From Chiloscyllium plagiosum (lineage: Eukaryota), in assembly GCF_004010195.1 (NCBI RefSeq), contig NC_057711.1, forward strand, positions 72,633,226-72,697,225: a stretch of DNA of 64,000 nucleotides. Direction: 5' to 3'. The first letter of the stretch is position 1. Each line of letters starts with the position of its first letter. The position numbers and the translations under genes are program-made. Below the pieces are notes generated by a model. It saw only the letters and a list, made by a program, of their open reading frames with translations, searched no databases and was not told the DNA's origin. Below, piece by piece: positions 40,180 through 52,585 of this stretch.

Positions 40180-40600
40180 GACCACCCCAATGGTGGTCCT
40201 TGGACATCTCCAACTTTTCCCTGCCTCCTGATGTACCCCTACTCAGTGAAAAATGCAAACCTTATGTTACTGTTCATACGATCCTTCTGGATATTCTGAT
40301 ATACTAAAGGTCCCGTTTGCCCGTTACTTAGGATGGAACTTCGCCATTACGATCTCTGCCCTTGTTAATGGCAATACTGGGTCTGCACTTGACATTAAAG
40401 TGCCTAGTTTCCTTTTGGCACCAGTCACCGGGCGTCAGCCCTCACATTACACTGCTTGTATTGGATGGCCATGTGATCCGTGAAATGGGGCCCACGGTTT
40501 TTATTGGCCTGGCTAATACTGACCTTGCGCTCTGCGGTGGTCCACAATGGATCGGGGGAGGGGGAATGGGGAGGGGAATATTATTCTCTACTATGCCTCA
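40180..40600 (+). pseudogene. Candidate 2H-phosphoesterase domain downstream of protease
   Basis: KP[Y]VTV at 40257-40274 and SPHITL...H..REMGP at 40437-40493; two frameshifts between them. Confidence 0.65.
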
Positions 40601-40689
40601 TTAAGTTCATGCCATGGAACCTTCCATCACTATCAGCCTTCCATATGCTATGCCAGGTCTCCATGCCAAAGGAGGTCCAGACATGCCCA

Positions 40690-41830
40690 CCATTTTACAA
40701 CTTCAGGGGGATGCCTCTGCTTCAGAAAAGGATATGTGGCAGAAACATTGTTGTATACAATCCCCTGTCATCAGTTTCTGACAGACCCCCGGCCGGATAA
40801 ACATGCATTCCAGAGACCCTTTTACCCTTACTTGTTGACAATCTACACAGACACTCACTTGGGAAAGGAGGGAATGTGTGCACTCTTATTATGAACATGG
40901 TGGAGCCCACACCTAAATAAGGCAGCTGAACAAAGGAGCAGGCATTGTCTTGTATGCCAGAGGGTTAACCCAGGAAAACCGATTCAATGTACCAAAGGAA
41001 GAACTCCAATTCCAAATGGCCCTTTCAACACTTTACAGAATTCATAGAATTACGAGTAAAGAATTACGATAAATATTACCTCATTATCATAGATACATTC
41101 AGCAAATGGATAGAGGCTTTCCAACAACCAATAACAAAGCATCTCCAGTGACCCAAATTCTCCTGAAAGAAACAATTCCCCACTTTGGTATACCTCAACA
41201 ACGATCATCTGATAATGGACCACATTTTATTGGAAAGATTAACCAAGGACTGTGTATCATCCTCAACATTGATCAACAGTTCCATTGTGCATATCATCCT
41301 AAGGCAGCAGGAAAAGTGGAACATGCGAATGGAATTCTGAAGGACCAACTTACTAAACTCACTCTAGAAACAGGACTAAATTGGCTAAAGGTCCTGCCCC
41401 TCACCCTGTACCACATACGTATGACTCCCCAAACTGGTACCAGTCTCACAGCAGCTGAAATAATATACGGTAACCCTGGACGTACTCCATGGGACAGCAA
41501 CCAGGCTCCACCACCCCAGAGTGATCTGCATGTAGCAGGAGATGAAATGCAACGCTATTCCAAACAACTAACAATATCTCTAAAGTCTTTCTACTCACAA
41601 GTGAAGGAAACCATCAAATCACCCCCCCAATTGTGACAGCGACTGGGAAGGAGTAGAAACTGGCGAGTGGATCTTAATCTGAGACTGGGAAAGACCAAAG
41701 CTGGGACTCCGCTGGAAAGGACCGTTCCAGAGGTTGCTCTAAATCCCCACCGCAGTGAAGGTTAAAAGAAAGGATCACTGGATTCACCTGAACGACTGTA
41801 CACGGTGGATGACGGACCAAGAGGATAAGG
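40690..41830 (+). pseudogene. pol: Integrase remnant
   Basis: HHCC finger (THLG...CLVCQRVNPG), IIDTFSKW, SSDNGPHF, GKVEHANG (ORF 41106..41636), WKGPFQ and WIH C-terminal motifs. Confidence 0.92.
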
Positions 41831-41837
41831 AGGAAAA

Positions 41838-43820
41838 TGACTAAGAAGGACTGATTTAAAAAAAATAATAATCTGTACCTCTGTATTGTGGGCCTGCTAT
41901 TGATACACTGCATGCCTCTACCCTTACCTCCAGTAAGGTAACGGGATGGGGTTGTCAAGGGAGATTAGCGGCATGATAGGCTTAGCAGAGACATGTCTAC
42001 TTCTCTCCAACTAGGGTACCGAAGGGAGGGTCAGGATTTGCAGGCAGGATAGACATAAGCAGGTCCACCTTTTGTACCAATAAGCAAGGGAACCCATTTG
42101 AGAGATGGAATGTGACTAAAATCGATTATTGTAATGGACTGCTTGACCAAACAGATCGCAAGTTGATCCTGGTCGAAACAAATCTGTGGCAACTCCTGTG
42201 TTGGTATTGGGGCTGCAAGTTTGACTTTATCTACAGAAGGGACCCCCTGGAAGAGAGAGACTATCACCTATTGTATCTCAGGAAGTGTTGCAGGGAGGCC
42301 CTGGAAGATAATCCCTCCCTGCAAGAAACATTCCCTCCCCCGAGTCCATGACTCGGTCCCACAGAGCTCTCCCTTATAAGGAACAATCAGTACTGACTAA
42401 CCAGGAATACACAGTCGGCAATTATTTCAACCAGGTCTATCAAGGACTGTCCAGCGATGGCACTTTGCTTGCTTCCCCCGATCCACCAGAGTGAACTCTC
42501 TCTTCTCCATTTCCTCTCAGTGGGGCTGTGGCCTGCACTATCAGTGTGCTCTGGCCAGTAACAGTTTGCCACAGTCCCAAAGAATAATTCTTCAGTACAA
42601 ACCTGTGCAGGCCCCCGTGGCAGACTGCACGTATCTTCTCCAACCTTCTGACCTCATTGACAGGGATTGGCTGAAGGGGGATACATGATGGGAAGGCAAA
42701 AGAAGGAAACTCCCCAGTAACCAACTGGGCAACAAGAGATGCTTCGCTGCTCATGAATGCGGATGTTCACAAGTGTTCATCTGCAATGAAAAAACCCCTT
42801 GCCTTTACTGATTTTGCCACCATCACAAGTGCGGACCTACCCTGGAGAGATCCAATTGTATTCCCTTCAAAAGAGGGGAACAGCTCCTATGTGGAAAAGT
42901 CAATCATACCAACCTTACAGTGGATGACTGTGTCTTTGCCCTTCCTCAAAAAAGAGGAGTTAAGGAAGCTTTGTGTCCCACTGGTGCCACGTTTGCCTGG
43001 ATTAACCATAATTGCTCTCATGACAAGGGCTATCCGGAAACCCTTTTTACAGACCCAGGCTACATTTTCTTCTTCAACAGTATGGCCATAAACTTCCTAG
43101 AGTCTCCTTACCCCCATTCGGTGGCCATTGGCATCCTACTTCCAAGACTCTACCTGGGGCATTGGGGACCCACACACTGCTGCCAGAAACATGATGTCTC
43201 CGAGGACTTTTGCACTGCCTAAAAAGACCTTCCTACACTTCATGCAGGACAGGCAGCTGGTTACAGTGCAGCAGGCGTTTTTTCCCTTGGGGCTTCTGGG
43301 GCTAACATGGCTGCCCAGAACTGTAACTATCTCGCATGCGGACTTACCACGATGGGCACTCAAGGTCATCACCCAGAACCTGAACCAACTCGGACTTTTC
43401 TCCATGCGAAATCGCTTTGCATTGGATTACCTCCTCATCTGCCAGGGTGGCATTTGCCCTTTAATACAGGACAAATGTATCATGGTCAGGATGAAGTCAC
43501 CACTAATGTTACTCGCTATGCCCACAAGATAAATGAACAATTAATGTCTATAAAGGAGGGCAAAGGATGGACCAGATGTGGAGACTGGGGGCTCAGAGAG
43601 TGGAAAGACTGGTTAGTTAACATGCCTATTTACACAAGAGTAATTATAATAGGAATCTTCCTGGGAATAGCTGTTCTGAAATGCATCTTATATTGAATGA
43701 TAGACACCATGCAGGGAATATTTCCAATATGACGGGATTTGATGACCTGATAACCAGCTATTAAGGATTCAAAAGACGACAGCACTGACGTCAACCTCTA
43801 TGCTATTGATTATCATGAAA
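41838..43820 (+). pseudogene. env: env remnant (signal peptide, SU, TM)
   Basis: Hydrophobic LYLCIVGLLLIHC; ISD-like RNRFALDYLL then GGICPLIQDKC; Trp-rich membrane-proximal region and anchor VIIIGIFLGIAVL; start and end approximate. Confidence 0.88.
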
Positions 43821-43824
43821 TGAT

Positions 43825-43836
43825 AAAAGGAGAGAA
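43825..43836 (+). promoter_or_regulatory. Polypurine tract
   Basis: aaaaggagagaa directly before the TG of the 3' LTR. Confidence 0.88.
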
Positions 43837-44379
43837 TGAGAATGCGTATAGGGTATAAGTGGGTTCAGAAAGATTTATGTTCTGAGTTTTGTGAAACAAG
43901 AGGTTCAACTGAGCATGACTCAGATCAGATAAGCCCTTACAATTAACAATGGGATGCTGGAGGCAAGGGTAATGGGTTAACAAGGTGGAAAGCAGTCATT
44001 ATGTAGAGCCATTTGACAATATTGGAAGTATTCATATGCAAGGTCAGCTAACAAGGGAAAACCATCCATTGTATGAATCCAGTTAACAAGGTTAAGGACA
44101 TTCATTGTATAACAGTAAAGGGCTTGGTCTCTGCTATTGATACTTGTTGATTGTAATGATCACTTAATTAATATGTCTGTTGCTTTATCTGGCTGCTCCT
44201 CCCTGTAAAATGACTATATAGTTCACTGAGAAACTGTTCTTCGAGGGAAGGCCGGGAACACATATCCCTGCGCACATGGGTGATTGTTCTCTCTCTCTCT
44301 CTCCAGGGTGTGGAATAAAGGAAAGTAAAACTACTGTGTCTCTGAGCATTTTGCATTTTGAAGGGGGAATGGGATGACA
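43837..44379 (+). repeat. 3' LTR
   Basis: tgagaatgcgtatagg...ggatgaca; AATAAA at 44314-44319. Confidence 0.93.
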
Positions 44380-44419
44380 GGGGAACAAATTTGCAACCCT
44401 ATGCTGTGAGGGTGGGCAT

Positions 44420-44910
44420 TCTCTCTGATGTTGTGGGCAGAGTATATGCCTCAATCCACATCTAAAAATAATTCTTCTGGTCACTATCGCTCTGCTGTTT
44501 GTGGGAATTTGCTGCATGAAAATTAAACTGCCTCCTTTCCTACTCTAAAACAGTGACTTAACTCCAAGTAAAAATGGAAAGAACTGCGGATGCTGTAAAT
44601 CGGAAACAAAAAGAGAAATTGCTGGGAAAGTTTCAGAAGATCTGTCAGCATCTGGTTCCAGTCCTGAGGAAGGGTCACTCGACCCAAAATCGTCTGACTT
44701 CCCTTCACAGATGTTGCCAGACCTGCTGAGCTTTTCCAGCAATTCCTGGACTTAACATCAAATGTCAGATGATGGATCACTGCCTTGTAATATCGGTTTC
44801 TCTCTTCACAGGTACTCCCAGACCTACTGAGCATTTTGGTCTTTTGTTTTAATTTCAATTTGTGGTTCATTAACTGTAAAGTGATTAGGAAGAGCCTAAG
44901 ACTGTAAAAA
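44420..44910 (+). mobile_element. DeuSINE-like fragment interrupted by PLE-derived termini (44570-44850)
   Basis: ctggtcactatcgctctgctgtttgtgggaatttgctg...tttcctac...aacagtgact resembles the Deu domain as recalled; ttcattaactgtaaag resumes near 44866. Confidence 0.55.
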
Positions 44911-47900
44911 CCAACACGTAAATTTTTGTTTTCTTTTAACCACCATCCAGTGATCCTTTGCTGATTGGTTGGAGCTGGATGTACATGAAGTGAGGACAAC
45001 ATTAGATTTAACTGGGCTACCTCACAGCTCACTAATATTCATTATATGTGTGCTCAGTTGAAGAGTTATCATTTAAGCAGTGTTCGAAAGGCAGGTCTGT
45101 GATCATGAAACTGCATCTTGGCAAAAGCAAGCACTTTAGAGAGAGAGTAAAATAATGAAAGAACAAAAATATGCACAAAATTAAGTTAGTTCCTCTAGTC
45201 AGTTAACAGCATTCAATCAGATTTTTTTCAGATAAATGTACTTTGTTAAACAAGTATTTTCATGGCTATTAATTGATTAGTGTTAGAGTCTGCGAGGAGG
45301 TGTAATCTAATCCGTACTCACAATAGCTTTCTCTCATTGTCTGGAAGCAGATTTCTGAGGCTCCTGTGGAGCCAGCTGTACACACTGGAAACAGAGTTGT
45401 CACTCAGCATCTCATTTACACCTAGCAGAGAAAAAAAAACCTGCCATCTCATTCAAAATCAACAGCACAGCCAGAGACTTTTAGAAATCTGCAATTTGAG
45501 TAATTTACACATCCTTCCAGTGTAAACATTGTTCAGGCAGAAGAGGAAGAGCTGTGCGCTTAAAAGAAAATGGTAGAATTTTTTTAATAGACTTCCCCCA
45601 GTTTTTTCGTAAGCAGAGAGAAAAAGAAATTCCCTGAATGTATCACAACCTCTGACACGAGAAGAAATTAATAAATGGTGCACATATAGAGCATTTCATT
45701 ATTATGCAGCTCTCCTTCCAGGTTCAAGCTGAAGCATTAGATTGACAGAGTATAGTCACAGCTGTGGATTCAGGTTTCAAATGTCTAGTCTATTTTTTTC
45801 TCCAGTCCGAGTATTGATAGATGCATTTTCCATCATCCTGCGATTAGCCTGACAGCTTGGTATCAGGGAAGTGCCTTTCTAAGCTGTAGTAAGAGCATTG
45901 GCTGAGCGCTGAAAAACAACCCCTTGGTATTAATAAATGTCATTCTCAGCTCGAGGAGCAGTTGGCCATGAATGCAATAAAGGAGCCAGCATTTTTGATC
46001 CATCCGTTGGGACATGGTTTCCTCTGCTTCAGCCTGCAGTACACAATCTGGCATAAGATAAATGTAAAGCATTACATTAATAAAATCTGAAATGTATTAG
46101 TACAACTGCTAAAGCTCATTTTTCCCCATTTCCTTCATCATTCAGTCTCAGGCCGTTATACTCTTTTCTCTTAGCTGTTCCTTTCTTTATTCTTTTTTCT
46201 CATTTAGACCAAATCCAGATGAAATTTACATTGGTCTTGTGCCATCTTTCTGTTTTCAATAAAGTGAATAGCAGACAAATTGAAGAGATAAATTGCGAAT
46301 ACAGATGGCCATTATGAAGTAAACATTGTTTGGTTCCCTGAAATTACAGTAATGATGCCCCCAGATGATTCCTGAGTCTGTGTTTCCGATGTGACAGATT
46401 TATATTGCTATAATTCCCTGCTGGATTTTTGTCAACTCCTATCACACAGCTGCTGGATATACTGGAGAGCTAAGAGGAAAGCTGCATGACTGTCACTGTA
46501 AAAAATAGCTGCCGCTGTCTTTATCGTTTCATTAGGGATTGCATGCTAGAGATGTAGTGCTTTGGAACAATACTATAGTAACATTTTTTTTGACAAAGAA
46601 CACAAAAACTAATTAGTTATTTATGTTTTTTGCAAATATAGATATGAAAGAAGGATTTTCCTTCTTTCTCAGCCATGTCCAAGACATTTGAGTGATTTTA
46701 ATTGCCTGAGAGATTACCACTTAATTTTAGTCCTCAAGTTACATGTGAAATCTTACATTCTGAATTCCTGCCCAGTCAATTAATATCACAGGCCAGCAAT
46801 CTTTTTCCAATCAGTAGAAAGAATGTGGGAAAAAAATAAACATTCTAACTATTCCTTCTGATTGTTTATCAAAATAATAATGGCATTATATGATTAAAAC
46901 AGTAACTGCTCTTTGCTTTGCTTCAGGCTAGTAATGATCTATTTATGGAACATTACCGCACCCTAAACTTGTTTTAATCGAGAACATTTTTGAATTTAGT
47001 TGAGAAATAAATGACGAAACCTATGATGATTTAAATATTTTCATATGCTCTACCTGCAAGATATACGGTCGGAGAAACTCTTTGTGTAAGCTCCTGCAAT
47101 GAGCTTTCCCTATGCATGAGTAATGTCACAAAATGAAACGATTATACCTACATAAAACCAATTTCTGTTTGTTTGCATGTTTATGGAACATTCCCATTCT
47201 GCATTTTGCTTGGGTGCCAGAATGTCACAAATAACAGCAAAATGTGGCAGGCTTTATCTAACAGCAATTCCCAGTAGAGCTGGATACTTCACTTGTCATA
47301 TTCACTATGGATTATAGCAACCACAAGGAGCTAAATGCTGACACCACTTCCCATCATCTGAATCTGGTGCGAAATTAAAGCTAATTTGGCAGACTAGACA
47401 TTAATTTTTCTTCTGTTGATGTAATTCAGAAACTGGTGTAGATCATTAAGCAGGCATAAGAAGTGTATTGTCCTTGCAATATACTTTAATACATGAAATA
47501 TGTTTATTTAGCACTGTGACCATGATCACGTCCAGGATCTAACTGATTTTAAACCTAGTGGTTTGGAATAATCTCACTGAAACTCAACAGACTGATGTAA
47601 AGTTTTGTTCTCACCAGCATATCAGTTGAACTGCACAACAAACAAATATAATAGGTCCTACAGCCACTTGTGCTGCTAGTGGCTCAGCATTACTTACAAC
47701 GCTGGAAAAGTGACAAAAATGTTTTACAATAAATGAGTGCACATTGGGCATGATTTCATGTCCGTGAGTTCTAATCATTCTGATCTCACGCAAATGCATA
47801 ATTAATGATGCATCATTCTCTCTTGAATGCATTCCCAATAAATTGATAACGAGCCAACTGCCCTACATCACTTTAACACAAATTGACATTGGGTAGGATT

Positions 47901-48030
47901 CAATGTGACCCATAAGAATATAACACATGGGAGGTGAGGTGATTTTTTTTTTTTAGGTGGGAACCAAAATCTCAGCTTCTGCTTGGCAGGATTGAGAGAG
48001 CAGTGTTGCAATAATAGTTGAAGCCTCATG

Positions 48031-48374
48031 TCATAGAATCCTTGCAATGTGGAAGCGGGCCATTCTGCCCATCGAATCCATGCCAACCCTCGAGAGAGCA
48101 TCCCATCCAGACCCACCCCGCTACCCTGTACCACTCCCCATGGCTAACCCACCTAGCCTGCACATGCCTGGATACTCTGGGCAATTTAGCAACTCAGTCC
48201 ACCTAATCTGCGCACCTTTGGACTGTGGGAGGGAACAAGAGCACCCGGAGAAAACCCACGCAGACACAAGGAGAATGTGCAGACTCCACATAGATGGTCA
48301 CCCAAGGCTGGAATTGAACTGGGACCCTTGTGCTGTCAGGCAGCAGTGTTAACCACTGAGCCACCATATCGCCC
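48031..48374 (-). mobile_element. HE1-like SINE
   Basis: Head and core match the other copies. Confidence 0.88.
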
Positions 48375-48784
48375 GTAATACATGATGGCAGCTTCTTAAT
48401 TTCAATTCATTTCTGTTACCTGCGTTTCATTATCTTAAGACTTTTGCAAATGAAGTCCTATTTTCAAGACTAAGTCAACAACTCTCAGGAGATTTATGAT
48501 ACTGGTTTCACAATTGTTTAAAGATGGCACATGTCAGAAAAGCCTATCCATTTTGATCAATATGAGTGTTTTTGTGGAAATCTGTGCCACGGGGCATGGA
48601 GCAGACAAGTGCCAACTTGGACTGAGGGGCAATGGTGAATCAGGGTAAGACTTTTTGTTATGAAGGGGAGCAGGAAGTAATCAAGGAGGAGGTTGGGTCA
48701 TGCCATGACTGGATGAAAGAGGTAGTTGGTGGGTGATATGGGTGTATGTTATAGGAAGGACATGGCATCTTAGGTGTGATTAGG

Positions 48785-50724
48785 TATAGGTATGTGAAGA
48801 ATTAAAGAATTACTAGGGTAGGAATAGGGCCAGTTAAAGACAGAAGTGGGAAGTTGAGTGTGGACCCTGTGGAGATCGGAGAGGTGCTAAATGAACATTT
48901 CTCATCGGTTTTCACTCAAGAAAGCTAAACAAACATTTCTCATCAGTTTTCACTCAGGAAAAGGAGAATATAGTAGAGAAGAAGAATGCGGTACGAGATA
49001 TTAGACTAGAAAGGATCGAGGTTAATTACAAACAGGTGTTATCAATTCTAGAAGGAGTGAAAGTCGACATGTCCCCTGGTCAGATGGGATTTATCCGAGG
49101 ATTCTCTGGGAAGCTAGGGAGGAGGTAGCAGAGCCTTTAGCTTCGATATTTGAGTCGTCATTGTCTATAAGTTTGGTACTAGAGGACTAGAGGATTGCAA
49201 ATGTTGTGCNNNNNNNNNNNNNNNNNNNNNNNNNNNNNNNNNNNNNNNNNNNNNNNNNNNNNNNNNNNNNNNNNNNNNNTCTACAGGTTTAGTACCAGAG
49301 GACTGGAGGATTGCAAATGTTGTGCCCTTGTTCAAGAAGGGCAGTAGAGATGACCCAGGTAATTATAGACCAGTGAGCCTTACTTCTGTTGTAGGAAAGG
49401 TTTTGGAAAGGATTATAAGAGATTTATAATCATCTAGGAAGCATCAATTTGATTTCAGATAGTCAACATGGTTTCGTCAAGGGCAGGTCGTGTCTCACAA
49501 AGCTCATTGAGTTTTTATGAGAAGGTGACCAAGCATGTAGATGAGGGTAGGGCAGTTGATGTGGTATATATGGACTTCAGTAAAGCCTTTGATAAGATTC
49601 CACATGGTAGGCTGTTGGAGAAGATGCAGAGGCATGGAATTGAGGGTGATTTAGCTGTTTGGATTAGAAACTGGCTTTCTAAAAGAAGGCAGCGTGTGGT
49701 GGTTGATGGAAAATATTCAGCCTGGAGTCCGGTTACTAGTGATGTGCCACAAGGATCTATTTTGGGACCACTACTGTTTGTCATTTTCATAAATGATTTA
49801 GACACAGGCATAGGTGGATGGATTAGTAAATTTGCAGATGACATTAAAGTCGGTGGAGTAGTGGACAGTTTGGAAGAATGTTACAGGTTGCAGTGGGACT
49901 TGGATAAACTACAGAATTGGGCTGAGATGTGGCAAATGGAGTTCAATGCAGCTAAATGTGAGGTAATGCACTTTGGGAAGAATAACAGGAAGGTCAGTAC
50001 TGGGTAAATGGCAAGATTCTTGGTAGTGTGGATGTGCAGAGGGATCTTGGACTCCATGTACGTAGATCCCTGAAAGTTGCCACCCAGGTTAATAGTGCTG
50101 TTAAGAAGGCATACGGTGTGTTAGGTTTCATTCGTAGAGGGATTGAGTTCCGGAGCCGCAATATCATGCTGCAAATATACAAAACGCTAGTGTGGCTACA
50201 CTTGGAATATTGTGTACAGTTCTGGTCACCATATTTCGGGAAGGATGTGGAAGCATTGGAAAAGGTGCAGAGGAGATTTACCAGGGTGTTGCCTGGTCTG
50301 GAGGAAAGGTCTTATGAGGAAAGGCTGAGAGACTTGAACCTGTTCTCATTGGAAAGAAGAAGGCTAAGAGGGGATTTGATAGAGACATACAAGATGATCA
50401 GAGGATTAGATAGAGTAGACAGTGAAAGTCTTTTTCCGAGGATGATGACATCAGCTTGTACAAGGGGGCATAACTACAAATTGAGGGGAGATAGATTTAA
50501 GACAGACATTAGAGGCAGGTTCTTTATGCAGAGAGTGGTAAGGGCATGGAATGCCCTACCTGCTAATGTAGTCAACTCAGCCATATTAGGGAGATTTAAA
50601 CAATCCTTTGATAAGCACATGGATGATGAGGGATAGTGTAGGGGGACGAGCTGAGAATAGTTCACAGGTCGGCGCAACATCGAAGGCCGAAGGGCCCGTT
50701 CTGCCCTATATTGTTCTATGTTCT
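48785..50724 (+). mobile_element. Young CR1 LINE (distinct subfamily), RT and 3' end
   Basis: ORFs 49468..50007 (YMDFSKAFD, VPQGSILGP, KFADD) and 50028..50636; ttctatg tail. Confidence 0.93.
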
Positions 50725-52585
50725 ATTAGGTTGGAAAATCAATCAGGAAATGTGAAATTAAGAGTCTAGTCTGTTTCTGTACAGCCCAATGTAAGGTTCT
50801 GGGTATCCACTGTTGTGATATCACTGGGAACATGCCAATTAGTTAGTAACCAGGATATAGAGCATATGACTAGCAGCTATTACCAGTCTAACCTGCAATA
50901 TGCAGTGTGAAAGGATGTTGCTGTGTTTTCCTGTTATAATTGTTGCTGAGCTTCTGCAACAATTCCCAATACTGAGCAATCATGTAAAAGATCTTCAAAT
51001 AAGCAAAAACAAACTACATCCATTGACATATCCTGTTGTGAGATTGGTAAGTTTATAAATAAACACAATACCACATCAACATTAGGGTGCTCTCTGGAGT
51101 GGGGAGGATTCATGATTATAGGAAAGAGGTCAATGCAGTACAAAAGCAGCTAAGCGATAACGGGAGGTTTCAAAAGATGGGTCCAGGGATTGTAAGGACA
51201 TGTCAAGGATGATAGGAGGAGGATCTAGGATCAGAGCAGGAATATCTATGGTGAGAGGATGTGGTCAATGTGGAGAGATGGCAAGAGTGATGATGGGAGG
51301 CTCAAGGGTGACAGAGGGAAAATTTACAGTGATGTTGGGTGTCAAAGATAAAAGATCTCAAATGCAAAGCTGACAGAGGGACTGTAAAGGGTCATGCACT
51401 CCAGGTAGAAGATTATATTTGTTATGTTGTTGGTCATTGCTGCAAACTAACAGTGAAGCCAGCAGGAATCCAGAACCAAGCGGTCAGAGGCCACTGCAGA
51501 ATGTAGACAGTTTTGGATGTGGTCTTTGGACAGATTTTAAAAATTCAGTGCTCAGCAGCAGTATAGATAAAAGCCATGAAGGTGAGCACAAATGCATCAC
51601 TGCATCTTCAGGACTCAAATGTCAGACAATAGCAGAGATAGCTGAGGGCTGTCTCAGGAAATGGGGACCGATACATTTGGGACCCTGCACCAAGAGCTGC
51701 TAACTTGTGTATTTGGTGGGAACATCATGCCAGAGATTCCTGGTGACCATAGCCAAAGAATCATATTTTTTTGTGCTCATTTCCCAGGCAGTCCTCATCA
51801 TGTAAAAGGATAAATTAGGATGCGCCTGAGGAGGAGGCCATAACAATGAATGAATGTTTACTAAATGTCAGAAATACGGTGAAACGTACTAGAGAAGCCA
51901 AGAAGAATCTCAGCTTGTTTGCCCAAGACTGAGGTGACTGTTCTGAACTGGAACTCTTTTGCCTATTGGAATATCTACAAATCTCTGCTAACCTTCCTTT
52001 GGGATATACCTGTGGGGTACCTGCATCCTCTGCCAGATTGAAGTTCAAGAGGAGCAAATATTTCTCACACATACTCACCAGTGAATACTGCTCCTGAGAA
52101 TACCAGTCTCACACCTGAACATACAGCATGACGGAGAATTCAAATATTGCATCAATGATAGAAAGCCATGAGTTCTATTTTTCTTGTTTAGAGTAGTCTT
52201 AAATAATTTCTTATTCCCTTTTGCCATAAATGTGTGCCAACCATGGGGTTTGCTAGTACATTTAACTATCTAAGACAGTCTGAAGAAATTATACTGATCT
52301 ACATATGAATAATCTGAAAATAATATAGTATGTAATATTTACACATGAACCATATAAAACACCCATTTAACCCTTCATGTTCTCATAAAGTCTTGGGTTT
52401 TCTCTTGCAACCAAGACTTCTCCCACAAAGCCTTTGATAGATCCTAACAGATGAAGGCAGGCTGTTCAATACACTACAAATCTCTCCATTAATAAATAAA
52501 TAAATGCAGTCACATATCTGAGACATGGCTTGCATGGACGACTCCATTGTCCATGAAAAGCTGCGCATGCACTCTGGTAGTTTTG

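Larger units (their letters stand above)
35928..44379 (+). mobile_element. Endogenous retrovirus, class I (gamma/epsilon-like) provirus, defective
   Basis: Paired TG...CA LTRs, PBS, PPT and gag-pro-(2H)-IN-env remnants in the expected order. Confidence 0.96.

Noticed and set aside
49165..49326. Direct repeat on both sides of the N run
   Set aside because: Most simply overlapping contig ends or haplotypes at a gap, not a biological duplication
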